Positions 19,397 through 27,084 of a stretch of 64,000 nucleotides of DNA are shown here, piece by piece (the first letter of the stretch is position 1; each line of letters starts with the position of its first letter). Under the pieces are notes generated by a model that saw nothing but the letters and a program-made list of their open reading frames with translations, did no database searches and had not been told where the DNA came from. Source of the stretch: Candidatus Aldehydirespiratoraceae bacterium (GTDB taxonomy: Bacteria > Actinomycetota > Acidimicrobiia > Acidimicrobiales > Aldehydirespiratoraceae); the NCBI GenBank assembly GCA_047639555.1, contig JBLIOE010000010.1, positions 20,967-84,966 of the forward strand. Direction: 5' to 3'. Made by a program: the position numbers and the translations under genes.

Positions 19397-19930
19397 TCAG
19401 CCAAGCTCAAGGCCGGGGTCGAGGGGGGCGACCAAGGCAACCCCGCCTTCGATCCGCACGATCACCACGGGCTCACCAACTAAAAGCGTGGAGCCGTCGG
19501 CCGGAGAAGCGGTGAGTTGCTCGCGGGCTCCCGCGATGTCGACAATGATTTTGCCGCGGAATTCGTCGCTGATCGGCAACGACACTCGGGCGATACTGCC
19601 CTCGAGTTCGGCGTCGGTCACCTCGCTCGAAGCGCCGGGCGCCTTGACCCACTTGAACAGCCGGTGACTTCCGTAACCGATCACGAGGGCCAACGTGAGA
19701 GCGAAGACCAAGGTCACGACGAAGCCGGTGTTTGTGATATCCCCGATGACACCGATGCCGCCGAACGCGGCCAACGCGCCGGCGAGGGCGGATAGTGGGA
19801 TGACGGTCATCGAGCCATCGCCGCCAGCATCGAGGCCGAATCCGTCGCCACCGTCGGAATCACCGACAAAGACCATCCAGAGGAGAAGTGGCGCTCCGAC
19901 AGCGAGAGAGAAGAGGTAAAGACCGATCAT
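19397..19930 (-). CDS. NfeD/YqiJ-like membrane protein upstream of flotillin
   Basis: Start at ATG 19930 (MIGLYLFSLAVGAPLLL). It has TM helices, a Gly/Asp-rich linker and a C-terminal OB-like segment (GKIIVDIAG...VVIVRIEGGVALV). Its position upstream of flotillin is the classical pairing. Confidence 0.7.
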   Translation of the reverse strand: MIGLYLFSLAVGAPLLLWMVFVGDSDGGDGFGLDAGGDGSMTVIPLSALAGALAAFGGIGVIGDITNTGFVVTLVFALTLALVIGYGSHRLFKWVKAPGASSEVTDAELEGSIARVSLPISDEFRGKIIVDIAGAREQLTASPADGSTLLVGEPVVIVRIEGGVALVAPLDPGLELG

Positions 19931-20111
19931 TTCGTTACTGGAAAGATAGTACGCATCCAGACCGGCGTGTCCGCGACCCACCCAACCAGCGCTCGGTAAC
20001 GTCGCAGCGTGCCGACTGAGCTTCCCAACATTCACGTTGTCAATCACTTCTCCGCATCGGTGGCCGAGGAGATCGCCGCCCTTCCGGGGATCTCCTTGAC
20101 CCACTTGGCCG

Positions 20112-20843
20112 GTGATGCCGATGTACCCGCTCGACGCGCTGGCCGACGACCAAGTCCTTACCTGTGCCCGCGGCGCAACCGCCGTCCCCGTTGGGGAGTT
20201 CGCGCTCGCATCAATGATGAGTTTCGCGAAAGCAATGCCGGAGGTTTGGCTCGACGGACCACCGGAGCACGGCTGGTACACCGGCCCGAGACTTTCTGGC
20301 CTCTACGGCAAGACGCTCGTGATCGTCGGGGTCGGTGGCATTGGCTCCAACGTTGCGTCCATCGCGCTCGCTTTCGGAATGCGCGTCATCGGCGTGCGCC
20401 GTCGACCACTCCCGTCGCCCATCGAAGGGATGGAAATCACCACCGACCTTCGGGCGGCCGTCGCCGAGGCTGATCATCTCGTACTCGCCGCGCCGGCCAC
20501 CGATGACACGGCCCACCTCATCGACGCCGACGTGCTCGCCGCGGCGAAGCCCGGCCTGCACTTCGTGAATGTCGCCCGAGGATCACTCGTCGACCAGGAC
20601 GCGCTACGCCGAGCGCTCGACCGCGGGCAGGTTGCCCGAGCGTCGCTCGACACTGTCACCCCCGAACCGCTCCCCGACGACTCTTGGATGTACTCCCATC
20701 CGGGTGTGCGGATCTCGCCGCATGTGTCGTGGGCCGGGCCCGGGTCGCGCGGCGCAATGGCCGACGCGTTCATCACTAACTACCACCGGTTCCGCGCTGG
20801 CGAAACGCTCGAAGGAGTCGTCGACCAAACACTGGGTTACTGA
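20112..20843 (+). CDS. D-isomer-specific 2-hydroxyacid dehydrogenase family protein (NAD-binding), possibly frameshifted at its 5' end
   Basis: GKTLVIVGVGGIGSNVA Rossmann motif, then ...NVARGSLVD... and ...PHVSW... motifs. A 5' segment that looks like the true N-terminus lies in another frame (20009-20128). Confidence 0.8.
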   Translation: MMPMYPLDALADDQVLTCARGATAVPVGEFALASMMSFAKAMPEVWLDGPPEHGWYTGPRLSGLYGKTLVIVGVGGIGSNVASIALAFGMRVIGVRRRPLPSPIEGMEITTDLRAAVAEADHLVLAAPATDDTAHLIDADVLAAAKPGLHFVNVARGSLVDQDALRRALDRGQVARASLDTVTPEPLPDDSWMYSHPGVRISPHVSWAGPGSRGAMADAFITNYHRFRAGETLEGVVDQTLGY

Positions 20844-20873
20844 CCCACTCGCCGGGCTGATTACGCTCGCCGC

Positions 20874-21833
20874 ATGTCGTTCACCCAACGTTTCCATGAC
20901 ATCGCTGCTGAAGTCCGTAATTGGGGCCGCTGGGGCGACGACGATCGCATCGGCACACTCAACCTCATCACCGAGGAAGCCCGGGTCGCGGCTGCAGCTT
21001 CAGTCGAACACGGACGAGCGATTTCGCTGGCGATCGACCTAAAGAAGGACGGCCCGCAGATCGGTCAGATCCCTACCCGGATCAACCCCATCCACGTCAT
21101 GGGCACCATCGACCACGCCGACCTCGGTGACCCCGATGGGAAGAAGATGGTCGCCCACTTCTCCGACGACATGGTCACCATGGGCCTTCAGGCTGGCACC
21201 CATTGGGACGGCCTGTCACACGCCAGTTACAACGGCACCCTCTACAACGGCGTGCCCACCTCATCCATCACCGCCCGCGAGGGTGCCACCGTGCTCGGGG
21301 TCGAACACGTCGGCCCGATTGTCGGCCGCGGGGTTCTGCTCGATATACCCGGAGCCAAGGGTGTCGATCGGCTCGAGGACGGCTACGAGATCAACAGTGT
21401 GGATCTCGATGAAGCGGCCGAGTGGGCTGGTGTCACAATGTCGCCAGGCGACATCGTGCTCATTCGCACGGGACGTATGCAGCTCTACCTCGAAGGCGGA
21501 GCAATGGCGTACGCCGCCGGCGCGAACATGGACGGCGCCACCGCCGGTCCCGGCCTCGATGCTGCTCGCTGGTTCCATCGCAACGACGTCGCCGCGGTGG
21601 CCACCGACACCTACATCTTCGAAGTCTTCCCGGGTCCCGTGTGGGACGACGTGCTCGGCGTGCACTGCTTGTGTCTCGTTGAGATGGGGATGACCCAGGG
21701 CCAAAACTGGAACCTAGAAGACCTAGCGACGGCCTGTGTGGAGTTCGGTCGGCACCACTTCTTGCTCAACGCGACGCCCGAACCATTCGTCGGCGCAACC
21801 GGCTCGCCGGTAAATCCTGTGGCCATTTTCTGA
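20874..21833 (+). CDS. cyclase family protein (kynurenine-formamidase-like fold)
   Basis: N-terminus ...NWGRWGDDDRIGTLNLIT... and the HWDGLSH motif are typical of the putative-cyclase family. Confidence 0.8.
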   Translation: MSFTQRFHDIAAEVRNWGRWGDDDRIGTLNLITEEARVAAAASVEHGRAISLAIDLKKDGPQIGQIPTRINPIHVMGTIDHADLGDPDGKKMVAHFSDDMVTMGLQAGTHWDGLSHASYNGTLYNGVPTSSITAREGATVLGVEHVGPIVGRGVLLDIPGAKGVDRLEDGYEINSVDLDEAAEWAGVTMSPGDIVLIRTGRMQLYLEGGAMAYAAGANMDGATAGPGLDAARWFHRNDVAAVATDTYIFEVFPGPVWDDVLGVHCLCLVEMGMTQGQNWNLEDLATACVEFGRHHFLLNATPEPFVGATGSPVNPVAIF

Positions 21834-21901
21834 CCGGAGGTCAGTCCAGCTGCTATGAAAGCCCCAACCTATCGGGCGTCCACGCCCACCTGGAGGTAGT
21901 C

Positions 21902-22315
21902 ATGGCCCTCGTCGAACAACTCGCCGAGATCGAGCTCTTCTCTGAGCTCACCAAGAAGGAACTGAAGCGAGTCGCCTCGTTCATGACCCCTATCACCGTG
22001 AAGGCAGGCCGAGATCTCACCGTTCAGGGACAGCCGGGCCGCGAGTTCATGGTCATCGCCGAAGGCGAAGCCACCGTGCGCCGCAATGGTCGCGTTATCG
22101 CTCACTTCAAGCCGGGTGACTTCTTCGGTGAACTTGCCGTGATTGCGGGCGTGCCCCGCACCGCCACCGTCACCGCCGACACCGACATGGTGGTCGAGGT
22201 CCTCAACCGGCGCGAGTTCAGCTCAATGCTCGATGAGAGCGCAAAGATCGCCAAGAAGGTTCTGGTCGGCGCAGTCAAGCGGCTCCACCAAATCGAAGAG
22301 GGCGTCGTCCGCTAG
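21902..22315 (+). CDS. stand-alone cyclic-nucleotide-binding domain protein
   Basis: FFGELAVIAGVPRTATVTA phosphate-binding-cassette pattern. At 137 aa there is no output domain. Confidence 0.85.
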   Translation: MALVEQLAEIELFSELTKKELKRVASFMTPITVKAGRDLTVQGQPGREFMVIAEGEATVRRNGRVIAHFKPGDFFGELAVIAGVPRTATVTADTDMVVEVLNRREFSSMLDESAKIAKKVLVGAVKRLHQIEEGVVR

Positions 22316-22341
22316 CGGATCGGCTGCCTTCGCTCGTCGTC

Positions 22342-23394
22342 ATGTCGCACGAGCCGTCCGCGATCCGCGGGCTCACCATCGATGCCGTCACTCAGTGGCT
22401 CGCCGCGCACGTTCCCGAGGCCGCGGGCGGGTTCGAGTACTCCCTCATCGCGGCCGGCGGTTCCAATCTCACCTATCGCGTGACCGATCGTGATGGAGGG
22501 GTCTTCGCGCTTCGCCGCCCGCCCGAGGGAACGGCCCTGGCAACAGCCCACGATGTCGATCGCGAATGGCGAATCATCTCGGCGTTGCATCGATCGGGCT
22601 CAGTGCCGGTGCCGCGACCGATCGCCCGATGCGACGACGCCAGCGTCACCGGCGCGCCGTTCTACGTCATGGACTTCGTGGCGGGTCCAATTCTTCGCAC
22701 CGTCGCCGACACCGAGGGAATGGACGCCGAGGCCGCGCTGACGGCGACTCACTCGCTCATCGACGCGCAGGTCGCGATGCACACCATCGATCTCGACGCG
22801 TCGGGACTCGCCGATCTCGGCCGGCACGATGGATATGTCGAACGCCAGCTCAAACGTTGGCGCACCCAGGTAAAGGGGGCTGATGCTCGCCCCGTCCCCC
22901 TGCTTCACGAACTTCACGATGCGCTCGCGGCACGAGTACCAGCAGAGCGGGTCGCTCCTGCCCTGGCTCATGGCGACTATCGCTTCGACAATGTCGTCCT
23001 TCAGGCCGACTGGTCGATGGGCGCGGTGCTCGATTGGGAACTGTGCACCACCGGCAATCCGCTCGCCGACTTCGCGTGGTCGACGCAGTACTGGGCCGAC
23101 CCGGGCGACGCATTTACGTGGCTTCCCGACGCGCCCACAACCAGCACCGTCTTCCCTCGTTCGGCCGAGGTGATCGACCTCTACGCCGCGGCCACCGGAT
23201 TCGATCTCTCGGACTATCCCTTCTACGAGGCCTTCTCCTGGTGGAAGCAGGCGTGCATCGTCGAGGGCGTCTTCGCCCGCCGATTGAACGGCAGCCAGGG
23301 TGGGATGCGTCAGAGCGGTCCTGCGTCGGTCATTGCCGACCGCGTCGACATCATGCTCGAACACACCCACCGCCTCGTTGCCGATCTCGACTAA
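22342..23394 (+). CDS. phosphotransferase (APH/choline-kinase-like) family protein
   Basis: GGSNLTYRV N-lobe, then HGDYRFDN catalytic loop and DWE motif. Confidence 0.85.
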   Translation: MSHEPSAIRGLTIDAVTQWLAAHVPEAAGGFEYSLIAAGGSNLTYRVTDRDGGVFALRRPPEGTALATAHDVDREWRIISALHRSGSVPVPRPIARCDDASVTGAPFYVMDFVAGPILRTVADTEGMDAEAALTATHSLIDAQVAMHTIDLDASGLADLGRHDGYVERQLKRWRTQVKGADARPVPLLHELHDALAARVPAERVAPALAHGDYRFDNVVLQADWSMGAVLDWELCTTGNPLADFAWSTQYWADPGDAFTWLPDAPTTSTVFPRSAEVIDLYAAATGFDLSDYPFYEAFSWWKQACIVEGVFARRLNGSQGGMRQSGPASVIADRVDIMLEHTHRLVADLD

Positions 23395-23422
23395 GCGATC
23401 CCAACGAAGCGATCTCGACTAA
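23381..23422. repeat. 14-bp tandem repeat x3 seeded on the stop codon of the phosphotransferase gene
   Basis: The units are ccgatctcgactaa / gcgatcccaacgaa / gcgatctcgactaa. Unit 1 contains the last codons and the TAA stop. Confidence 0.8.
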
Positions 23423-23431
23423 AAAGTACCA

Positions 23432-24349
23432 ATGACAGACCCTCAGTATTTCGAAGTCGTCGTCGTCGGCAGCGCCAACCTCGACCTCGTCGTGGATGTG
23501 GCCCACATCCCGCTGGTCGGCGAAACGGTGCTGGGCGGTGATCTCGTGCGGATCCCGGGCGGGAAGGGGGCCAACCAGGCTGTCGCGGTCGCGAGGCTCG
23601 GGCGATCCGTCGCCATGGTCGGACGAGTTGGCGACGACGAAGGAGGGGCCATCCTTCGCGCCGCGCTCGACGGCGACCAGGTCGACACGAGCGCGCTCAT
23701 CACCACGCCCAACACACCCAACGGCGTCGCCCTGATCGCGGTCGATGCCGACGGCGACAACGCAATCGTGGTGTCACCGGGAGCGAACGCTCGACTCACT
23801 GCGGCCGACATCGAGGCCGCGGGTGATGCATTGCGGAGCGCACAGGTGGTGCTGCTTCAACTCGAGGTGCCGATCGACGCGGTAGCGATGGCCGCGGCAC
23901 TCGCCACCGGAACAGTGATTCTCAACCCCGCGCCGGCACCCACCGGACCGTTACCCAGCGAGCTGCTCCGCGCTGTCGATGTGCTGGTCCCGAACCAAAC
24001 GGAACTCGCCACCCTCGCCGGTCACAACGGCCCCGTCGACACCGCAATCGCCGCCCGCCTCGCCCGCACTCTCCCGGCCGATGCCGTCATCGTCACCCTC
24101 GGCGCCGACGGAGCGATGGTGGTCACCGCCGACGATGCCGTCCACGTCCCCGCGCCGACGGTCACTCCCGTCGACACCACCGCGGCCGGCGACTCCTTCT
24201 GTGGCGCACTGGCCGACGCTCTCGTCCGCGGTCTCAGCCTCGTGGAAGCAACAGAGTGGGCGGTGCGAGTAGGCGCCGCGACCACCCAACGCCCCGGCGC
24301 TCAGCCGTCGCTGCCTACCCACAGCGAAGTCGAGCAACTCCTCACCTAA
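23432..24349 (+). CDS. rbsK: ribokinase
   Basis: PfkB family motifs GGKGANQAVA and DTTAAGDSF. Confidence 0.9.
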   Translation: MTDPQYFEVVVVGSANLDLVVDVAHIPLVGETVLGGDLVRIPGGKGANQAVAVARLGRSVAMVGRVGDDEGGAILRAALDGDQVDTSALITTPNTPNGVALIAVDADGDNAIVVSPGANARLTAADIEAAGDALRSAQVVLLQLEVPIDAVAMAAALATGTVILNPAPAPTGPLPSELLRAVDVLVPNQTELATLAGHNGPVDTAIAARLARTLPADAVIVTLGADGAMVVTADDAVHVPAPTVTPVDTTAAGDSFCGALADALVRGLSLVEATEWAVRVGAATTQRPGAQPSLPTHSEVEQLLT

Positions 24350-24387
24350 CGGACCCGCGCCGCAAGTTGCGACGTACGCTCTCTCGA

Positions 24388-25317
24388 ATGTCCCCCATTC
24401 CGGTCCTGCTGGATTGTGATCCCGGTCTCGACGACGCGATCGCGATCCTTACTGCGGCTCACCTGACCAATCTCGTCGGCATCACCACCGTCAACGGCAA
24501 CGTTGGTATCGAGCACACCACGCACAACGCACTGGCGATCACCCAGGTCGCCGCCCTCGACGTGCCCGTGCATCGTGGCGCCGCTCGACCGCTCGTCAAC
24601 GAACCGATCGACGCGGCCTACGTACATGGAGCGACCGGACTCGGGTCCGTCGAGATTCCCAACGTCGTCAACGAGATCGCGTCCGACGACGCGGTCACCT
24701 TCATCCTCGACACGGCCCGTTCGGTCGACGATCTCCACCTCATCGCTGTGGGTCCGCTCACAAACATTGCGCACGCCCTTGAGAAAGACCCCACGTTGCC
24801 CGACCATCTCGGCGGCTTCACGATCATGGGAGGCGCCGCGGTGGGCGGAAACACCACAGCAACGTCGGAGTTCAACATCTGGGCCGACCCCGAAGCGGCC
24901 GACATCGTCTTTCGGCTTGGCGGCATCATCACGATGGTGGGCCTCGACGTGACCCACCAGGTCCTCCTCGGACCGGCGGAGCGCGACCGTATGCGGGCGG
25001 CAGCTACACCGACCGCGATTCTTGCCGCCGATCTCCTCGACTATGCCGTCGACCGAGCCGGAGAGCTCCAAGGCACCGCCGGGGCGCCGATCCACGACGC
25101 GTGCGCTGTATTGGCTGCGGTGCGTCCGGAACTTTTCTCCGGCGCCATGCGCCATGTTGATATCGAACTCACCGGCACCCACACTCGCGGTATGACCGTG
25201 GTCGATCAACGACCCAACGCCGATGCTCCTATCAACGCCAACGTGTTGACGGCCGTCGACGCCGAAACGGTGATCGAGGAGATTGTCGGCGCCGTCCTGG
25301 CCCTCGACAACCGCTAG
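24388..25317 (+). CDS. nucleoside hydrolase (IUNH family)
   Basis: N-terminal DCDPGLDDAIAI aspartate cluster. Start taken at ATG 24388. Confidence 0.9.
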   Translation: MSPIPVLLDCDPGLDDAIAILTAAHLTNLVGITTVNGNVGIEHTTHNALAITQVAALDVPVHRGAARPLVNEPIDAAYVHGATGLGSVEIPNVVNEIASDDAVTFILDTARSVDDLHLIAVGPLTNIAHALEKDPTLPDHLGGFTIMGGAAVGGNTTATSEFNIWADPEAADIVFRLGGIITMVGLDVTHQVLLGPAERDRMRAAATPTAILAADLLDYAVDRAGELQGTAGAPIHDACAVLAAVRPELFSGAMRHVDIELTGTHTRGMTVVDQRPNADAPINANVLTAVDAETVIEEIVGAVLALDNR

Positions 25318-25321
25318 CGCA

Positions 25322-26062
25322 ATGTCGCAGGACCGGATCATCTACTCCTTTGTCTTGGGGTGGATCCTGCTCATCGCTGCGATGATTTTTCTTGACTGGC
25401 TCGCGAATCCGAGTCGCGGCGGATTCCGCCCCAAGGGTGAAAGATCCGGAGGCGACCGCGACACGCGCCGCACGGCTCGGGCCCGGCGACGTTTGGAAGA
25501 CGACGCCGCCGTTCGCGCCACACTCCGTGATGCCTACGGCCCCTCAAGCCTGCGGCTCAACTGGACAAGCGAACACGAGGACGACGTTCGACAGATCGAC
25601 GACTCCTTGATCGACGACCACCCCGACTTGGTCGAGGTTGGATCTCGCGAGGTTGGCACTGCGCACTACGCACGGGCCGAGGGCGACCCAGTGCCGAATC
25701 TCGCAGAGATCGCGCCCGAGGAGAACGAACCCGCCGCCGACGTCGTGCCCGACCCAGAACCCGAAGCCGGGCCAGACCCCGAACCACGTGCTCGCGGGTG
25801 GAAGGTGGGCGGCGATCCGTTGTCGCTCACCGCGAAGGGCAGCGATCCCGTCCTGGCGACGATCCGGCAACGCGTGTGGAAGAACCAGGCCGTCGAGGCC
25901 GGATGGAGCGACGACAACCGGGCGGCGTTGAAGGCTGGCAAGCCACCCCGTCGAACAAACCCGATCACCGGTCGCGTCGAACGAGCCACCGTTGATACCG
26001 AAACCGGCACGCCCTCGTGGGGCCGCGACCCACTCGACCCTTTTGCGAGCATCGATGACTGA
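25322..26062 (+). CDS. hypothetical membrane-tethered protein
   Basis: One N-terminal TM helix (IIYSFVLGWILLIAAMIFLDWL), a strongly basic segment, a Pro/Glu/Asp linker (PDPEPEAGPDPEP) and an unrecognised C-terminal domain of roughly 85 aa. Confidence 0.55.
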   Translation: MSQDRIIYSFVLGWILLIAAMIFLDWLANPSRGGFRPKGERSGGDRDTRRTARARRRLEDDAAVRATLRDAYGPSSLRLNWTSEHEDDVRQIDDSLIDDHPDLVEVGSREVGTAHYARAEGDPVPNLAEIAPEENEPAADVVPDPEPEAGPDPEPRARGWKVGGDPLSLTAKGSDPVLATIRQRVWKNQAVEAGWSDDNRAALKAGKPPRRTNPITGRVERATVDTETGTPSWGRDPLDPFASIDD

Positions 26063-26450
26063 GCGTTCCTTCATCACGCTCGGCACGGCGGCCGACACCA
26101 CAATCACCGTCCACCGCGAGCGGAGCAGCGACGGTGCCGTGCAGGGCCTCGCCTTCGAGGCCGAACACCCGCTGACAATCGGCGACCAGGAAGCCACCCG
26201 CATTGTGTTGTGGTGCGACACCGCTCCCGAAACGGTCCAGATCGTCACCGGCCCCGCCGGCCCGCTCTACATCTGGAATGTCTGGCGCACAGCCTCCCTG
26301 ATCCAGGCGTGGGAGGGCGACGCTCGCATCGAAGTCGAGGACGAGGGAGAAGACCTCGGGCTGCGCTGCTACGACGGTCTCGGCCACGCCACCCCCACGC
26401 TCGAAGCACGAATCGGATTCGATCGTTCCTGGACCCAACCCGACGAGTAG
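26055..26450 (+). CDS. hypothetical protein, translationally coupled to the preceding gene
   Basis: ATG 26055 overlaps the upstream gene by 8 nt. 131 aa, acidic, no recognisable motif. Confidence 0.5.
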   Translation: MTERSFITLGTAADTTITVHRERSSDGAVQGLAFEAEHPLTIGDQEATRIVLWCDTAPETVQIVTGPAGPLYIWNVWRTASLIQAWEGDARIEVEDEGEDLGLRCYDGLGHATPTLEARIGFDRSWTQPDE

Positions 26451-26480
26451 GCGGCCTCTGCCGCGATGAACGAGCCTGAC

Positions 26481-26969
26481 CTAGGGCGTATGAATCTCGG
26501 CGATCCATTGGTCGCCCGTCGAGATGTATGTCGACAGCTGATCCATCGCGGCGAGAAGCCACGAGACCAACTCCTCGTTCGCGAGGCCATCAGGAAGGTC
26601 AACGACGATGCCGTTGCGGGCATGGTCCTGCTTCTTGACCCAATTCACCGGCAACACCACACCGGCGTCAGCCAGAGCGTCGAGTGCATTGGGACCGAGA
26701 CCGTGAGTGATCCCGGCTTGGGCGAGACGGGTTCGACCCTTCGCCGCCGCTGGGGTCCAGGTGGCCATCGGCACCGCCGGACCGCGTCCGGAGACCCACT
26801 TCCCCATGCCGCTCTTGTGCGGCACGGCCTTGTACTGCTCGTCGGTCAGCGCCGGGCCGATGTTCACCCAGGCCGAGCCAGGCTCGAGAGCGGCAACACG
26901 ATCGAGGTGCCCGACGACTTCGCTGATGTCATGACGGTCGAACTCGACAACCTGCGGAGGGATGGCCAT
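26481..26969 (-). CDS. hypothetical protein
   Basis: 162-aa ORF convergent on the previous pair. No recognisable motif. Confidence 0.5.
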   Translation of the reverse strand: MAIPPQVVEFDRHDISEVVGHLDRVAALEPGSAWVNIGPALTDEQYKAVPHKSGMGKWVSGRGPAVPMATWTPAAAKGRTRLAQAGITHGLGPNALDALADAGVVLPVNWVKKQDHARNGIVVDLPDGLANEELVSWLLAAMDQLSTYISTGDQWIAEIHTP

Positions 26970-27084
26970 TCGACGACCGTACCTGGCACCGTCTCGCTAT
27001 GGCTGACCAACCGCGCCCATCCAGGAGGATTCGGCGGGTACCGTGGGACCTCCGGGCGATTGAAACGACGGATTGTGGAGCCCC

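Noticed and set aside
19931-20281. 117-codon N-terminal extension of the NfeD-like ORF
   Set aside because: It overlaps the divergent dehydrogenase gene and has no membrane or NfeD features. ATG 19930 begins directly with a TM helix.
25322-26450. Reading the membrane protein and its overlapping small partner as a secreted polymorphic toxin/immunity pair
   Set aside because: The strongly basic segment after the single TM helix predicts a cytoplasmic C-terminus. No secretion or delivery domain is present. The C-terminal domain has no His or catalytic signature of the nuclease or deaminase toxin families I know. I kept it only as an uncharacterised coupled pair.
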